Origin: Eledone cirrhosa
Taxonomy: Eukaryota
Direction of reading: 5' to 3'
Assembly (NCBI GenBank): GCA_964016885.1
Contig: OZ024742.1
Location: forward strand, 272,180,001-272,244,000
Length of the DNA: 64,000 nt
The translations under genes and the position numbers were made by a program. The notes beneath the pieces are model-generated. The model worked only from the letters and a program-made list of their open reading frames with translations, was not told where the DNA came from and did no database searches. Shown one piece after another: positions 13,223 through 26,879 of the stretch (position 1 is its first letter; the number at the start of each line of letters is the position of its first letter).

Positions 13223-13382
13223 TATGTACATGTATATACTTGTATATATGTTTATTTTTATATCTATACATATATGTGTGTTTGTATGTGTGTATAGGTA
13301 TGTATACATATGTATATATATATATATATATGCATATCATGTGTATTTGTTTATTTTAAAGTTGTTTCTATTTATTCCAAAT

Positions 13383-13478
13383 CCCGACGGCAGAGCTCAA
13401 GCCGTTTCAACGGCTATTTCTGGACTGAAGTAAGATTTTTTTTTAGTCTGGTAAATATATAGCCGAACTTTTCAAGGG
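13383..13478 (-). ncRNA. Hammerhead with long stem II (UUGAAAA core, GUC site)
   Basis: Reverse complement ccc-TTGAAAA-gttcggctat...atagccgtt-GAAA-cggc-ttgagctct-gccg-TC-ggg; internally deleted inverted copy at 13943-14013; partial copies at ~26281, 32697-32764 and ~56030. Confidence 0.75.
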
Positions 13479-14024
13479 TACTTCCTTATATGGAAAGATT
13501 GTAGTTGTCAAGGGGATTGGTCAACATTTGTAGCGGACACAGAAAAGTCTATCATGGCAGTGGGTGCGGGGTGGGGATCGCTGAACTTGCACGTAGAACG
13601 ATAGGGGAGTGGGTAGAGCCGGTCAAGCGTAGAAGGTGAAATCTACACGGCAAATTCTAAGGAATGTGTATGAAAGTAGGCCAGAGGAAGTTGGTGAAAA
13701 ATGTTATCTTTAGAAAGTGGAGGAGGGACGTTATAGAAATACTAAATCAAATGCGATTAGGGGACAAAGAAAAATATTATAAAAAATAATATAATAAAAA
13801 ATGAGAGAAAGATGTAACAGAAAGTAAGATTGGAAAGTGAGAAGTGAAATAAGGAGTTTAACACAGCTGCTATATTTCCGTCAATGAGTTGCTAGATGAG
13901 AATAATTGAAAAATTTAGAATTATAATTAATACCACATATCTGTACCCTTGAAAAGTTCGGCTATTTATATACCAGACTAAAAAAACTCTTACTTCTGTC
14001 CATCCGTCGGGGGTCATACTTTCT

Positions 14025-14080
<56 letters not shown>

Positions 14081-14085
<5 letters not shown>

Positions 14086-17001
14086 ATATTTGGGGAGGGT
14101 CATATTTGCGTAATATTGCCAGAATTAATAACAGAACACACTCACTGTTTGGTTGGTTTTCGCTTCTCGCTGTCTTTTATATATACATATCTGCGATCTA
14201 ACTTACTCGGTCCTCAATGTTGCCATTGACTGACCGGCGGTCAAAAATAATACAGATACAATATAGACAAACACATATATATATAGTTTACATAATTTAC
14301 ATAAATCTTTCGTTGCACATCTGCAACATCGTCAGTGGTGTTATATTCATTGTTCCTCCTGTTGTGTTGTATGTCTACGCCATTTTTTTGTTCAGTCTGT
14401 CTATATATTTATTTATTTATTTGCTTGTTTGTTTATCTTATTTTATTTTGTCTTCTCTGCGCATGCGTTTGCGTGTGTGTATAGTGTTATGTGTGATGTG
14501 TGACTAGTGTGTATAGTGTTGTGTCTGCTGGGTGACTAGTGTGTGTTTATGTGCTTGTGTATGTATTTATTTATCTTATTTTATTTAATTTAATTTACTT
14601 ATTTATTTATACTTCTCTTAGGTCAGTGTTGTTTGTTTGGGTGTTGTTGTTGTTCCACTCATTCTTTCTGTTTAGCTTTGGTCTTCTAATTTCTATTTCA
14701 CTGGCCTCTCTGATTTGCCTATCTGCTGGGTCATTCCTATGTTTAGATATTATTCTAATTTCTATGTTGTCTATGTTACCGTCATGTTGTTGTCTAGCAT
14801 GTTCGTATAGTACTGACCCGTTTTTTCGTCCTTTTAGTTCCCCCCAGTGTTGGTCTATCCTTTCCCCTATGCTACGAGCTGTCTCACCTATGTATGTTGT
14901 TGTCGTGTTTCTGCAAGTACCCTCTGTACATCTTATGCTATAGACTACGTTTCTAGTTTTACAGTTTATCCGGGGGTTCACCTTACATATGATACATTTC
15001 CTATTGGTACAGTGGGTTTTCTTAAAAGGGTAGGTTTTGCTGATCAGGGATTTTATGGTGGTTCCTGGCTTTTCGACCACCTTTATTTTTAAGTGGGTCT
15101 TTCTCAGGGCCTTTCTACACTGGTTAGCTAATTTCCCTCCAGGGGTGGCGTCCACAAACATGACACTCTGATATCTCTGGTTGTCGTACCATGATGTGGC
15201 CTTCCCTATCTTATGTCTAGCCTTATCTAAGCTATTCCATGATTTGCTCCTGTATAGTGGGCAAATTCCTTTCATGTCCAGTTCTATGAGGGTCTTATAC
15301 TTTTCCATGGCTCCTTCGTATACTCTGACTCTGTCTCTTTGGTTGTATCCAGAGAACTGCATGCGGTTGATGAAGTGTTGGATGTGTCCTTCCATTTCTG
15401 TTGGGTCGCACATGCTGGACACATTCTTCATCACTCGTACCAAATCTGCGATCAGAATATTAAACTTAGCACTACTGGACATTGCTGAGTTTTTGAGTAT
15501 CAGGTATTTGGAGGCCATGGGTTTAGCATAGTGTGAGTGGAGAATTTGGGCTCTCTCGTCTATAGTGTTAATCTAGAGTTCTGTGTCTAATACAGGTAGT
15601 CTATTGTTAGGGTGTTTGGAAGGGAAGTCTATAGTTACAGTTATACTCTGGTGTATGGAATTAGCTATCTGCTGGATGCTTTCCATCGTGCTACGTTCTA
15701 AATCAAACTTGTTAGTGCTCTCTAGTGGGGGTGTTCTTATAACTATATTGATATCGTCTACATAACGAGAGTACATGATGAGGTCTATGGAGCTTTCATT
15801 AAGGAGATCTTTAAGTCTCCTTTCCCACCATACCATGAAAAGGTTGGCAACATCACCAGCTATGCTGACGCCGATGGCTGCTCCCTCATTTTGGGTGTAG
15901 ATTTTCTCATTGAACTTAAATATGTGGCCCTTTAGGGTAGTTTTGATACTAGCCCCTATTGCATGTGCGACCATTTTTCTTACCTGATCAGTGTTTTGGG
16001 GGGTCCGTATAGCTTTGGTCCACCCAATCCACCTTCCTATGGGAGTCTTTTTAGCCATTGAGGTTATGGTGGGGGGTCTACCTCTTATAGGTCTACTAGG
16101 GCAGAAACATCTAAGGTCATGGCTGTCTAGGTAGTCAGTGTCGTAGGTAAGTCTAAGTAGGAGGCCCAGTTCGTCTGTGTCGACGTCGCAGAACTCCACC
16201 TCACTCTCAATGATCATCTCCACACATCTTTTCACAGCAAAATCAATGTTAATGGATGGGTACAGTGACACCACATCCATGCTGCCTATTATGCAGTTGG
16301 ATAGGCTCCTGTTTTTGTTGCACTCACTGATTCTGCTGAGGAGGTCCTCTGTACTTTCACATACATCTGGGGACATCTTGATTATGGGGCGTATAACCAT
16401 TGAGAGGAAGTAGGAGATACTGTAGTTGCTAGCTATATTAGCTCCGCATACGGGTCTTGTTGGTGGTCCTGTTGTCGGGTCGTCGACTGTCTTGTGGTCT
16501 TTGCGGAGCCCATACAAGGGTGGTATGCCATTGTTAGACGCCTGGAAGTTGTTGGCAGTGCGTCTGCTTGGCTTTAGGATGTCAGTCCACATCATCATGT
16601 GGGCGTTGAGGATTTTTTTCTCTCCCATCGTGTGTTAGTTGTGCAACTTCGCTCGTGTTGGTGATGTGGGGTTGCATTGCCTCGATGTAGTTCGGCATGC
16701 TATCTATTGACATCCTACCAGACTTATCTGTGGGTAGACACACTACCTCACCATCCCTTGTGCGCTGCTTGAAGCTAACCAAGCCTTCTACAGGTTTTAT
16801 CCCAAGTTGTTGGGCCTCTGGTCTGCTCTGTCTCATAGTGTACCTGTCTACTACTTGTCTAATCTTATTTCTAGCTATGGTGAACTGTGCCTCCGTCTCG
16901 TCATCTATTTGCTGTGGTATGCAAACTCTTTTATTAAAGGGTAACCTCGTAGGATAGATATTACCCATCTTATATGTTTTGTCAGCTGGGTTGAAAAATA
17001 G

Positions 17002-17005
<4 letters not shown>
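14081..17005 (-). mobile_element. PLE family B, copy 1 (5'-truncated)
   Basis: ORF pieces 16582-16968, 15573-16628 and 14607-15518 (PPLYGLRKDHK, SMDVVSLYPSI, RYVDD, VVYSIRC..YIGETARS); frameshift at ~16615 and TAG at 15573; highly similar to 52195-55125. Confidence 0.95.
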
Positions 17006-17043
<38 letters not shown>

Positions 17044-17044
17044 C

Positions 17045-17089
<45 letters not shown>

Positions 17090-18282
17090 TGCTTTCTGAC
17101 GAAAGAATAACGTCCGTCGTAATCGTTGAGAAACTGTTCCTAATATATCAGTATATTTTAGAATATGTGAAATAGATGATATTATATATGAACCGGAAAA
17201 CAAATGAACAAATACATTTAACGGTTAAGCGCGAAACATGAGTATATAATATATTGCATGTATATATATATATATATACATACATATTTATATATATGTA
17301 TGTGTGTGTGTGTGTGTGTGTGTTCGGAAAATATTGTTTTCGTAAAAACAGGAGTAAGCAGGAGAAAGCTCTGAACAATCGGTGTTTTTTAGTTACGGTC
17401 CGTGGAAGCCGGGCATGGCCACCATGCTGCAACCACAGCGTCATGCGATCCTTGGATATCTTGTTTCCACACCTGGAGTCTTTATGTGTACATGTTTCTC
17501 GTTATTTGTTTCCTATTCCTCTGTTTATATATCTACTGTTGTTTTTTACGTATTTTTGTCCCGTTCTTTTATTATTGTGTTTTCTATGTGTGTTCTCGTT
17601 TCTTATCTACTTCTTCCTGCCCCTACTTTCGCTTCCCGTAGCTCTTTTCCATGGCCTAACAGCTCTTTTGATAGTATTGTTGCCACTGTAGTTGGGACTG
17701 AATGCTATGGTCTTGGCTGGCCCTGGGTCTTACACTGATAGAGTGGATTGTATTAACTGGGGATGTATTTGCTTATATATATAAATACCCATCTATGTTT
17801 CTATCCCATTTTCACTTCCTTGTTTTCAACGCACTACTATTGTGGTTAGTTTATTTTTCAAGGAAGCGTGCCTTTTTCCTGTTGCCGCCGTCGCTGTGGT
17901 GGGGTCATCACTGGTGTTGTTGTTGTAGGTGGTGGTGGTGTTACCAATGGCGTAATACTGACATAGATGACACCACCACTACTGCGACGAACGGTGTGGG
18001 TGATGGGCGGTGTTGGTGTTTGTTGCCGTTGATCTGTTGTTCTTACTGTTTATGGTCATGGTGATTGATTCCACCAACACTGTGTACCCACCTACTACTA
18101 AACTCCTTGTTATTGCTTTGGCTTTATCGCTGTTTAAGGTCGACAGGTTGGTACCGTCACTGCGACGTCTAGGACCTGTATACACGACGCTGGTCTGTGT
18201 TTTTGCTGATGTTGTCGTTTGCTGTTGTTGTCGTTGTAAGTGATTTACTGTAGCTGTTGCTTTAGTCATTGTTGTCAATAAT

Positions 18283-18462
18283 TGTTTCTACGTTAGGCAC
18301 AAGGCCAGTAATTATCCAGTGCATTACTGGAACTTTATTTTATCGACCCCGTAAGGATGAAAGGCAAAGTCAACCTCGGCGGGATTTGAACTCGTAAAGG
18401 GACGTTACTATGCTGGAAAGCATGGCGTCCGACATTCTACCGATACTGCCAATCCACCGCCC
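18283..18462 (-). mobile_element. tRNA-derived SINE (Nin/Deu-like core) with 14-bp TSD
   Basis: Reverse complement ggcggtggattggcag...gagttcaaatccc..gactttgcctttcatccttacggggtcgataaaataaag; TSD TTGTTGTCAATAAT at 18269-18282 and 18463-18476. Confidence 0.9.
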
Positions 18463-18834
18463 TTGTTGTCAATAATGTGGTGGGATCACCACGACAATTG
18501 CGACCTGTGTGGACAACTTTGGTCGGCGGTTTGATGTTATTGTCATTGTTGTTGTTGTAGTTGTCGTCGTTTTTTCTTTTTTTGTTGTTGTTGCTGTAGT
18601 TGTTGTCTGTAGTGGGTTGTCAACTAAATATATACCACACCCTCCTCAGAGCTCCTATTATTGCTTCAACTGTCTACTGGGTTTTGGATGCACACAGTAC
18701 TTCGTTCTTTTCGTCTTTTAGCTTTTTCTAACAAACGCGACGGCTGGCAACCCCTTCAACCAACTCATATGTATGCTGGGCGCACAGGCACTAGGACGTG
18801 TGTTTTCCTGCCAGCGGCATATCAAATATATATT

Positions 18835-18922
18835 TCATCTGAGGAAACTGTTCTTATAATTAACAGCAAATGCATGAAGTACATCTCGATTGCATGGAGA
18901 ACAGTGGAAATAATTATTATGA
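18835..18922 (+). ncRNA. Hammerhead with long stem II and palindromic mini stem III
   Basis: tcat-CTGAGGA-aactgttct...agaacagtg-GAAA-ta-at-ta-TT-atga; homologues at 33517-33604 (-) and 37602-37686 (+, split by Helitron). Confidence 0.75.
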
Positions 18923-18958
18923 TTAAACGATATATGTAACCTCAGCATTTTATTTTGT

Positions 18959-19035
<77 letters not shown>

Positions 19036-19255
19036 CTCTCTCTATATATATATATATTTATACCTGTTTCTAAATCGATTTCACATATAGCAATGCTTCA
19101 GAATGCATATACGATATATTACCCACTCTACTACCCTAAGTATTGAGAACTTTGGTGCGTTATGATCCACCTGGTTCCTTACCACATTTCCTTCGTTATA
19201 TATATATATATATACATATACACATAAACACACATACACACATTCACACACACAC

Positions 19256-19408
<153 letters not shown>

Positions 19409-19813
19409 GGTAAAATGAATTATATGCCACCTTCAATATATACTATCAGAAATATGATATTAGAATCCGATTTAAAAATTTAATCAGATCTCATTTCCTA
19501 CTTGGTGATTTATATCTAATAATATTTAGATTGTATTTTTCGGCAGCGATAGAAACATTTTTATACATTATTCTGACTATAGAAGAGCTGTATGTTATTG
19601 AGTTGATGAACTTGATGTTCATATTCTGCCTATTTACAGCATCGATATGAATGTACATAAACTGATTTCATGATTGTTGTTGTGTGCAGTTATCTTATAC
19701 TAGAAAAATACAATGTGTAGTGTATTTTATAGACAGATATATTTCTCATAAATTTCAGCAAACGGAAAGTAATCAAGATATTAAATCATGTATACTAATC
19801 CTACTATAATTCT

Positions 19814-19864
<51 letters not shown>

Positions 19865-19884
19865 TAGATAGATAGATAGATAAC

Positions 19885-21745
19885 ATCCCCACCTCGATGC
19901 GTAGCAGTTTCAGCTTTTGGTGTTAATCAAACATTTGTGTGTTTGTGCATGCGTGTGTTTGTTCACGCCAGTGCTTATTTATTGATTCTCCTATACTACG
20001 GGCTCTCTCCTATGTACGCCGTGTTCTTATTCATACACTGTCCTACAGTATATCTCATGCTTTATACTACGTTCCTAGTTCTGCAGTTTGTTTGTGGACT
20101 TAGCTTGCAGACTAAGCAATACCTAGCGGTGCAGGGTTATTTTTTAAACGGATACATTTTACCAACTTAGGGCTTTTACGGGAATACCATGTCTTATACA
20201 CATTTTTTACAATGTTTGCCCATGTGCTCCTGTCTCCTTTATGTACCCAGATCGTGTAGCTCTGATTGTTGCCAGAGAACTGCATGTGTTGGATGGAGTG
20301 TTGCATGTGTCCCTCTAATTGTTTAGGATAGTACATGCGGGAAACATTCCTCATTACTCTTACTAAATCCGCAATCAGTATGTTGATTTTCCTGTTACCC
20401 GAAACGGCTGAGATTCGGTCGATTAGGTACTTTTAGATCATGGGTGTGGCATAATGCGAATGGAAGATTTCTAAGCAGAGTTCTATGTCAAGTACAGGTA
20501 ATCTATGCTTGGTGTGTTTAGTTGGGTAGTCTATAAAAACTTTAATACTCTGGTGAATGGTTAGCTATATACTGGATGTTTTCCATGGTGTTCTTTTCTA
20601 ATTCTTGACCATTCTCCTGCAGGGATTTTTCACTACGATGTTTTTGTCATCTACATAGTTGGGGTACATAGTCAGGGTTATAGATTTCTCGTCTAAACGT
20701 TCTTTATGTCTTCTGTTCCACCATACCATATGATATCATCAATGGTGACGCCAATGTCTGCCCCTTCCTCTTTGGGCTTATGTTTTGCCATTTAACTTAA
20801 ACATATGTTCCTCAAGGGTTACTTTCAAACTGGCCCGTACCGCATGTGTGATCATTTTTAAAACTTTATTGTGGTTTCCGAGGCTCCGTGTGGCTTTGGT
20901 CGACCCATTCCATCTTCCTGTGTGGGTACGCTTGGCCATTGAGGCAATGGTACTTATTTTACCTCTCACTAGTCGTGTGGGGCAGTGGCTGCTAAGGTCG
21001 TGTATATAATCCTTATCTTGTGCAAGTCTAAATCTGCCCCCAGCACAATGGTATCAATTCCACGGAATTCCACATCGTTCTCGCTGATAATTTCTCCGCC
21101 TGTTTCAACTGCAAGATCAGCGTCAATTGATTGGTATAGGGACACTATATCCATGTTACCTATTGCACAGTTTGTCAAGTCCCCAGATACGTTGCATTCG
21201 TTGATACTGCTGAGGAAGTCCTCCATGCTGTCGTTTATGCGTGGGGACATTTCAATTATATGAGCAGGGAGAGGAAGAGGGAGAGCTTGTAGTTGGTAGC
21301 AATGTTAAGTCCACAGGTTGGCCGTGTCTGTGGTTCTGTGACTGGGTCACTATTTGCTTTGAGGTTTTTGCAAAGCCCATAGAGCTTTGGTACATCATTG
21401 TTTCAGGCCTGTAAGTTATTGGCAATCCGTTTATTGGGTTGCATTATGTTAGAACACACCAACATGTTCTTTCCTCATGTCCTTGTGGTGTTATTTCTCT
21501 TATGTTGATGATGTGGGGTTGCATTGCCTGGATGCAGTTTGGCAGGTTGTCTAATGACATTCTGCCAGACTTGTCTGTTGAAAAGAATACAATCTCTCCC
21601 TTTTACGAACACTGTCCCATTCTATTCTGTCTCGAAGCTCTAGAATCTTTCTAAATTTAACTCTGCCTATTATCAATTTTGCCTCCTTTTTCTCATCAAA
21701 TTTTGATGGTATGTAATTGTGCTTGTTAAATGAAAGTGTCGTGTT
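19885..21745 (-). pseudogene. Degraded PLE related to family B
   Basis: Fragments MEDFLSSINECN..IGNMDIVSLYQSIDADLAV, ITHAVRASLKVTLEEHMFKLN and HMQFSGNNQ align with the family B ORF. Confidence 0.85.
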
Positions 21746-21819
21746 ATTATGCTTTCCAACAGACGTTGTATATATATAATATGTATGTGTGTGTGTGTGT
21801 GTGTGTATAAATATACACG

Positions 21820-24800
21820 GGTGTGTATGATTGTGTATAGAAGATTATATTAATAAAAGGAATTCCAACTTTGGCTGATTTACTCTCGTTTTATTTACAA
21901 TCCTTTAAAATTTATTGGTATTATAATGAAATAGTATGATAGAATATTAAATGTTAAGTGTTAATTGAAAAAGTACTTTCATGCTTTCGCAATCTTCAGG
22001 TTCATAATGTGTGGTGACAGTCAAGTTTGCAATTTTCAACTGTAATGAGATGGGTAAATTTGGTACCTTATATACAGTGAAAAGTGGCTCCAGAATGCTA
22101 AATCTTGCAAACTGTATTTCGACCAATCGGTGTGTAGTTTCACTAAATTACTAAAGCTGATTGGTTTAGGCGTCACGGTTGGTTGACCATGTCTAACGAC
22201 CACTAATTGATCCTATCCAAAGCATCAATTGTTTTGCTATTTTTGGAAATGATCAAAATCGCATTTTCTAGTAATCATCACCATCAACATTACTTTTATT
22301 ATTATTGTTGTTGTTGTTAGTGGTGGTAGTCGACATGGTCGTAGTCATAGTCATAGTCGGAGTAATTACCCATTATTATTGTTCATTTAGCTTGGTTTAG
22401 AATTTATCAATAACATTCTTTTCTTTCATTTTTCTCTTGATTTCACTTGGGCTGTGTCATTTGTAGAATGGAAATATAAATATTTTCTGAACACATGTTG
22501 CTAGATGGTTACTCAGGCGTATCTGATGGACATTTGGGTCTCTGATTTGCTGTCGGTGTACCCGTGCACGTTCCGAGAGTGCATTTCCAGTTTGACGACA
22601 TATAGTTCTTCACAATTCGGGCATTTAATGCAGTAAATTAGATTTCTGCTTTTGCAGTTCATATTTGGATTTGGGAATATTTTTTCCAGATTTTGTGTTC
22701 ATATATTGTCCGGTGTGTATGGATTAACATTTAGATACAGTGAATGATTGGTCTTTGTTGTTAAGGTCAAACTTTGTTTTTGTTAGTAATTGCTTCAAAT
22801 TTTTCGGCTGCCTTTTACGAAGAGACAAAGATCGATCTGTGATTAAGCCTTTTAATTAATTAGTTTGAGCAATGGTCGGTAGGTTTGCTTTGGCAGTGTT
22901 GAAGATAAATGGTATGACCAGTTCTTGGTTTCTTCTTCCTTGGGTTGTCCTAAGTTGTTGTATAGGTATTTTTATAGCCCACTGCATGCCATTTTCTATA
23001 AGTAGAGATGGGTATTTTTGTTTGAGCAAAAATTCTCTCAGTTCTGTTAAGCGTTTTTTCCTGATATTCGTATCCTCTACAATGGTACACATTCTTCTGG
23101 CTAGGCAGTATGGGATGTTGCCTTGTATATGAGGTGGATGGCACGACTTAAAATTCAGATATTGATGGGTGTCTGTGTGTTTATAATATATATCCGTGGT
23201 AATGGTGGTGTCGTTTTTGATTACCATTATATCTAGGAATGATAATTTGGTACTACTCATCTCTTTTGTGAATTGGAGAGATAGGAGTAGGTTATTCAGG
23301 AGGATATTGAGCTCATCCAGATTATCTAGAGATTCTGTCCAATGATGAAACAGTCGTCAAGGTATCTCTTCCAAGACTTTTCAATGTACTTACTAAAGTC
23401 AGTGCTATATTTTTCCTCTAATTCTTGGTAGAGTTGTTGTTCTAAGTATTCGATTAGAGAGTTCTCGTAAACGGGAACAAACTTCGTTCCCATCGCTGTG
23501 CCTCAAATTTGAATGTAATTCTTTCCATTGAAAAAGAAAGTGTTGTTTTCCAGAATAAGTGTCACTGCGTTTAATATAAATGGCGCTGTGAATCTGGTGG
23601 AAATCATTTCTCTATGTTTTTCCACCGCCTTTATTTAACCGCCTTTATTCCTAAATCATGTGTAATGTTGGTGTAAAGGCTTACCACATCAACACTAAGT
23701 AGAAGTGAATTCGTTTCTGCGGTTTTGGGAAGATGGCACAGGAAGTCAACATCAACCCGGATGTTACTGGGTATGTGGTTTCAAAATAATGTCAACAAAA
23801 TTGCTTAGCCGGTGGGCAGTGCATGTTGGACCAGTTATAATAGGTCTAAGTTTAAAGTATTTGGGGTGTAGTAATGTAAAGTACTCACTGTTTGTTCTTT
23901 TACTGCCAATTGGATTTCTTTTGACTTAAGAACTTTCAGTAGGCCATACATGTTGCTGTGGTTTGGCTCTAAATTGGTGATGTAGTCTCTTTCCTTATCA
24001 GTAAGTGAGTTGTGTTATTTTGAAGCCAGGTTGATGATCTACTTCATGATGTCGTGGTCTATATTTGACGGTATTTCATGATAGAATATTGTCTTTCAGT
24101 TGTTCCTCTACCAAATCTTTGTAGCATTCAGAATCCATTATAACAACTGTACCCACTTTATCTGCTTGTTTAATTATTATTGTTTTATCATTTTGTATAC
24201 GTTTAAGTGCAGACATTTCTGATTTCTTAATGTTTGGCCTAACATTAGTATTACGTCGAAGAGGAAATTTAGACAGGATGTCAATGTATTTGTCGAGATA
24301 GATATTTCTTCCTTTTGGCGGAGTGAAATTTGATTTATTCTTTACTTTTATTTTCTCATTACTTTTATCAGCGAAGAATTCTACAAGTCGTAATTTTCGA
24401 CAGAATTCTTGGCTAGCCTCCTTCAGTTCTTGGTGGTAGACTGTTGGAGTCGGTGTGAATTTCAGTCCAATTGACAGAATTTGCATTTCATCATCGTCAA
24501 GATCTCTTTTGGATAAATTAATTATTTTAGGATCAACGTGTACAGTTGTTTTGGGTATGTTTGCTCCTGGAGCTTTTCTTTTCCAGATTTCTGTTGTCCT
24601 CACGTTAAAAAATGGATTTTTCTCTGTTCAGGATTTATATTTATGTTGGTGTTTTCTCGATGAACTTTTGGTCGTGATATTATATTTGGTTTCGTTATGT
24701 TTTTTGTCCTAGTTTGGTATTATTTTTTCCATTTCTTCTTTCCATTATTTTCCATTTATTTTTTCCATTATTTTTAACAATCTGGAGAAATGACCTAGGT

Positions 24801-25220
24801 TTGCTTTCAGGTTTAGATCATTTTTTTTGCCCAGTTTCTTGTGGGTAATCTCTCTTGAGATCTTGAGAGTGATCTGGTTATTCTACTTCTCATAGTCTGG
24901 TAAACGTGTGCCATCCACCTCATACAAACCGCAACATCCCATACTGCCTAGCCAGAAGAACTTGTACCATTGTAGAAGATACGAATACCAGGAAAAAAAA
25001 TGCCTAACAGAACTGAGAGAATTTTTGCTCAAACAAAAATACACATCTCTACTTATAGAAAATGGCATGCAGTGGGCTATAAAAATACCTATACAACAAC
25101 TTAGGACAACCCAAGGAAAAAGAAACCAAGAACTGGTCATACCATTTATAATGACACACAACACATGTCACCATAATATTTTCAACACTGCCAAACAAAC
25201 CTACCGATCATTGCTCAAAG
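21820..25220 (-). mobile_element. Degraded Neptune-like PLE family C with inverted internal segment (24905-25220)
   Basis: KIINLS..LSIGLKFTPTP..FCRKLRL..IIIKQADK (24076-24603), LSFLDIMV..YYKHTDTHQYL (22856-23260), GIY-YIG remnant at ~22400-22750. Confidence 0.9.
21967..22003 (-). ncRNA. Minimal hammerhead at the 3' end of PLE C
   Basis: Reverse complement gaac-CTGAAGA-ttgc-gaaa-gcat-GAAA-G-TA-C-TT-tttc; palindromic AGTACT; one stem I mismatch. Confidence 0.7.
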
Positions 25221-25442
25221 TAATGTGCAACGAAAGAACTTTGTTAGACTATATATATATGTGTTTATATCTATATTATATCTGTATGTTTAACCGTTGG
25301 TCAGTCAATGGTAAATATTGAGGAACGAATGAATTAACCGTGGAGATATAAACGATACAGAAGCGAAAACCAACCAAACAGTGAGTGTTTTCTGTTATTA
25401 TTTCTGGCAATATTATTACAATAATATGACCAAGTATAACAG

Positions 25443-25524
<82 letters not shown>

Positions 25525-25609
25525 GTAATAATAATAAAATTGAAGACTAAAATCCAGAGAGGGCTCGATAAGGAAAATATATATCAAATATATAAGAACC
25601 GAAGAGCAA

Positions 25610-25740
25610 ATATTTATTAAAATAACAGATTAAAGTTTAAGCAAAGAATCGCTGCTTTCACCCTTAACGGGATAAGATCCCGTTAAGGGTGAAAGCAGCG
25701 ATTCTTTGCTTAAACTTTAATCTGTTATTTTAATAAATAT
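25610..25740. repeat. Perfect palindrome (64-bp arms, 3-nt spacer) made of a hammerhead 3' half
   Basis: ...cccttaacgggat-aag-atcccgttaagggtgaaagcagcgattctttgcttaaac...; matches 45362-45427. Confidence 0.95.
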
Positions 25741-25923
25741 ATATTTATATATATATATATTTATAGGTGGTTGATGCTTTCTTGACCACTTTTTTCAGTT
25801 TTGTATGGCGTTTTAACATATTGTTTAGCACTTGTTTTTTAACTATGGAGCGCTTGCCAGCCTAATTCTGATTTTTGAGTTTCGTTTCGCTTTTTCTACC
25901 CGCCGAAATGCGATTCTCGCTGA

Positions 25924-26059
<136 letters not shown>

Positions 26060-26361
26060 ATGTATATGATTACGAATCCAGTTCCCTAACCAATGAGCCA
26101 CATGCCTTCACGTCCTAATTTTATGCTTTCCAACAGACATTGTGTATGTATATAACGAAGGATGTGTGGTAAGGAACCAGATGGATCATAACGCACCAGA
26201 GTACTCAACACTTAGCGTAGTAGAGAGGGTAATAGCGAAATAGTGTGGATAACAGGATATTTCTGGACTCCGACCAGTAATAGCCGTCGATACGGCTTGA
26301 GCTCTGTCGTTGGGATCCAAGATTTTCCTATGTATATATATATATATATATACAATTTTCC

Positions 26362-26400
<39 letters not shown>

Positions 26401-26879
26401 TCTGTTGGATACTGATTATATTAATATATATTCTTAATAATTGTTTCTACTTTAGGCACAAGGCCAGCAATTACCCAGTTCATTACTGGTACTTTATATA
26501 TTCTTAATAATGAATGAGAATCTGATAAACTATATAAATTTGAAAGTTTAACTTTAGATTATTACAATACAATGAATTTAACATAACACTAAATGCTATT
26601 TGAGGTATACAGACATAACTGAATTTGTATGCTTTTATGTTAAATGTGTATTTAATATATATCTAGCCTGTAAAGGAATCAAATATATGGTGCCGAATAG
26701 AATGGAATATCTCTAGCAATTATATTTCAGTATGTATTGTTAGTACTAAGGTCAAAACGAAGAGGTTATATAAGATAGCATATTAATTAAGCAAATTAAT
26801 CATTTAATCTATATAAATATTAAAACGTACTAAGTATTAGGTTAAGCATTAGTAGAAGTAAAAGGTTGTTAATTGACAT

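Larger units (their letters stand above)
17325..18960 (+). mobile_element. Non-coding 3' portion/pLTR of Naiad-like family E with short 5' inversion
   Basis: 17400-18960 aligns to the reverse complement of ~33481-34830; 17325-17399 is the inverted terminus (cf. 37355-37420 and 44145-44219). Confidence 0.8.
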
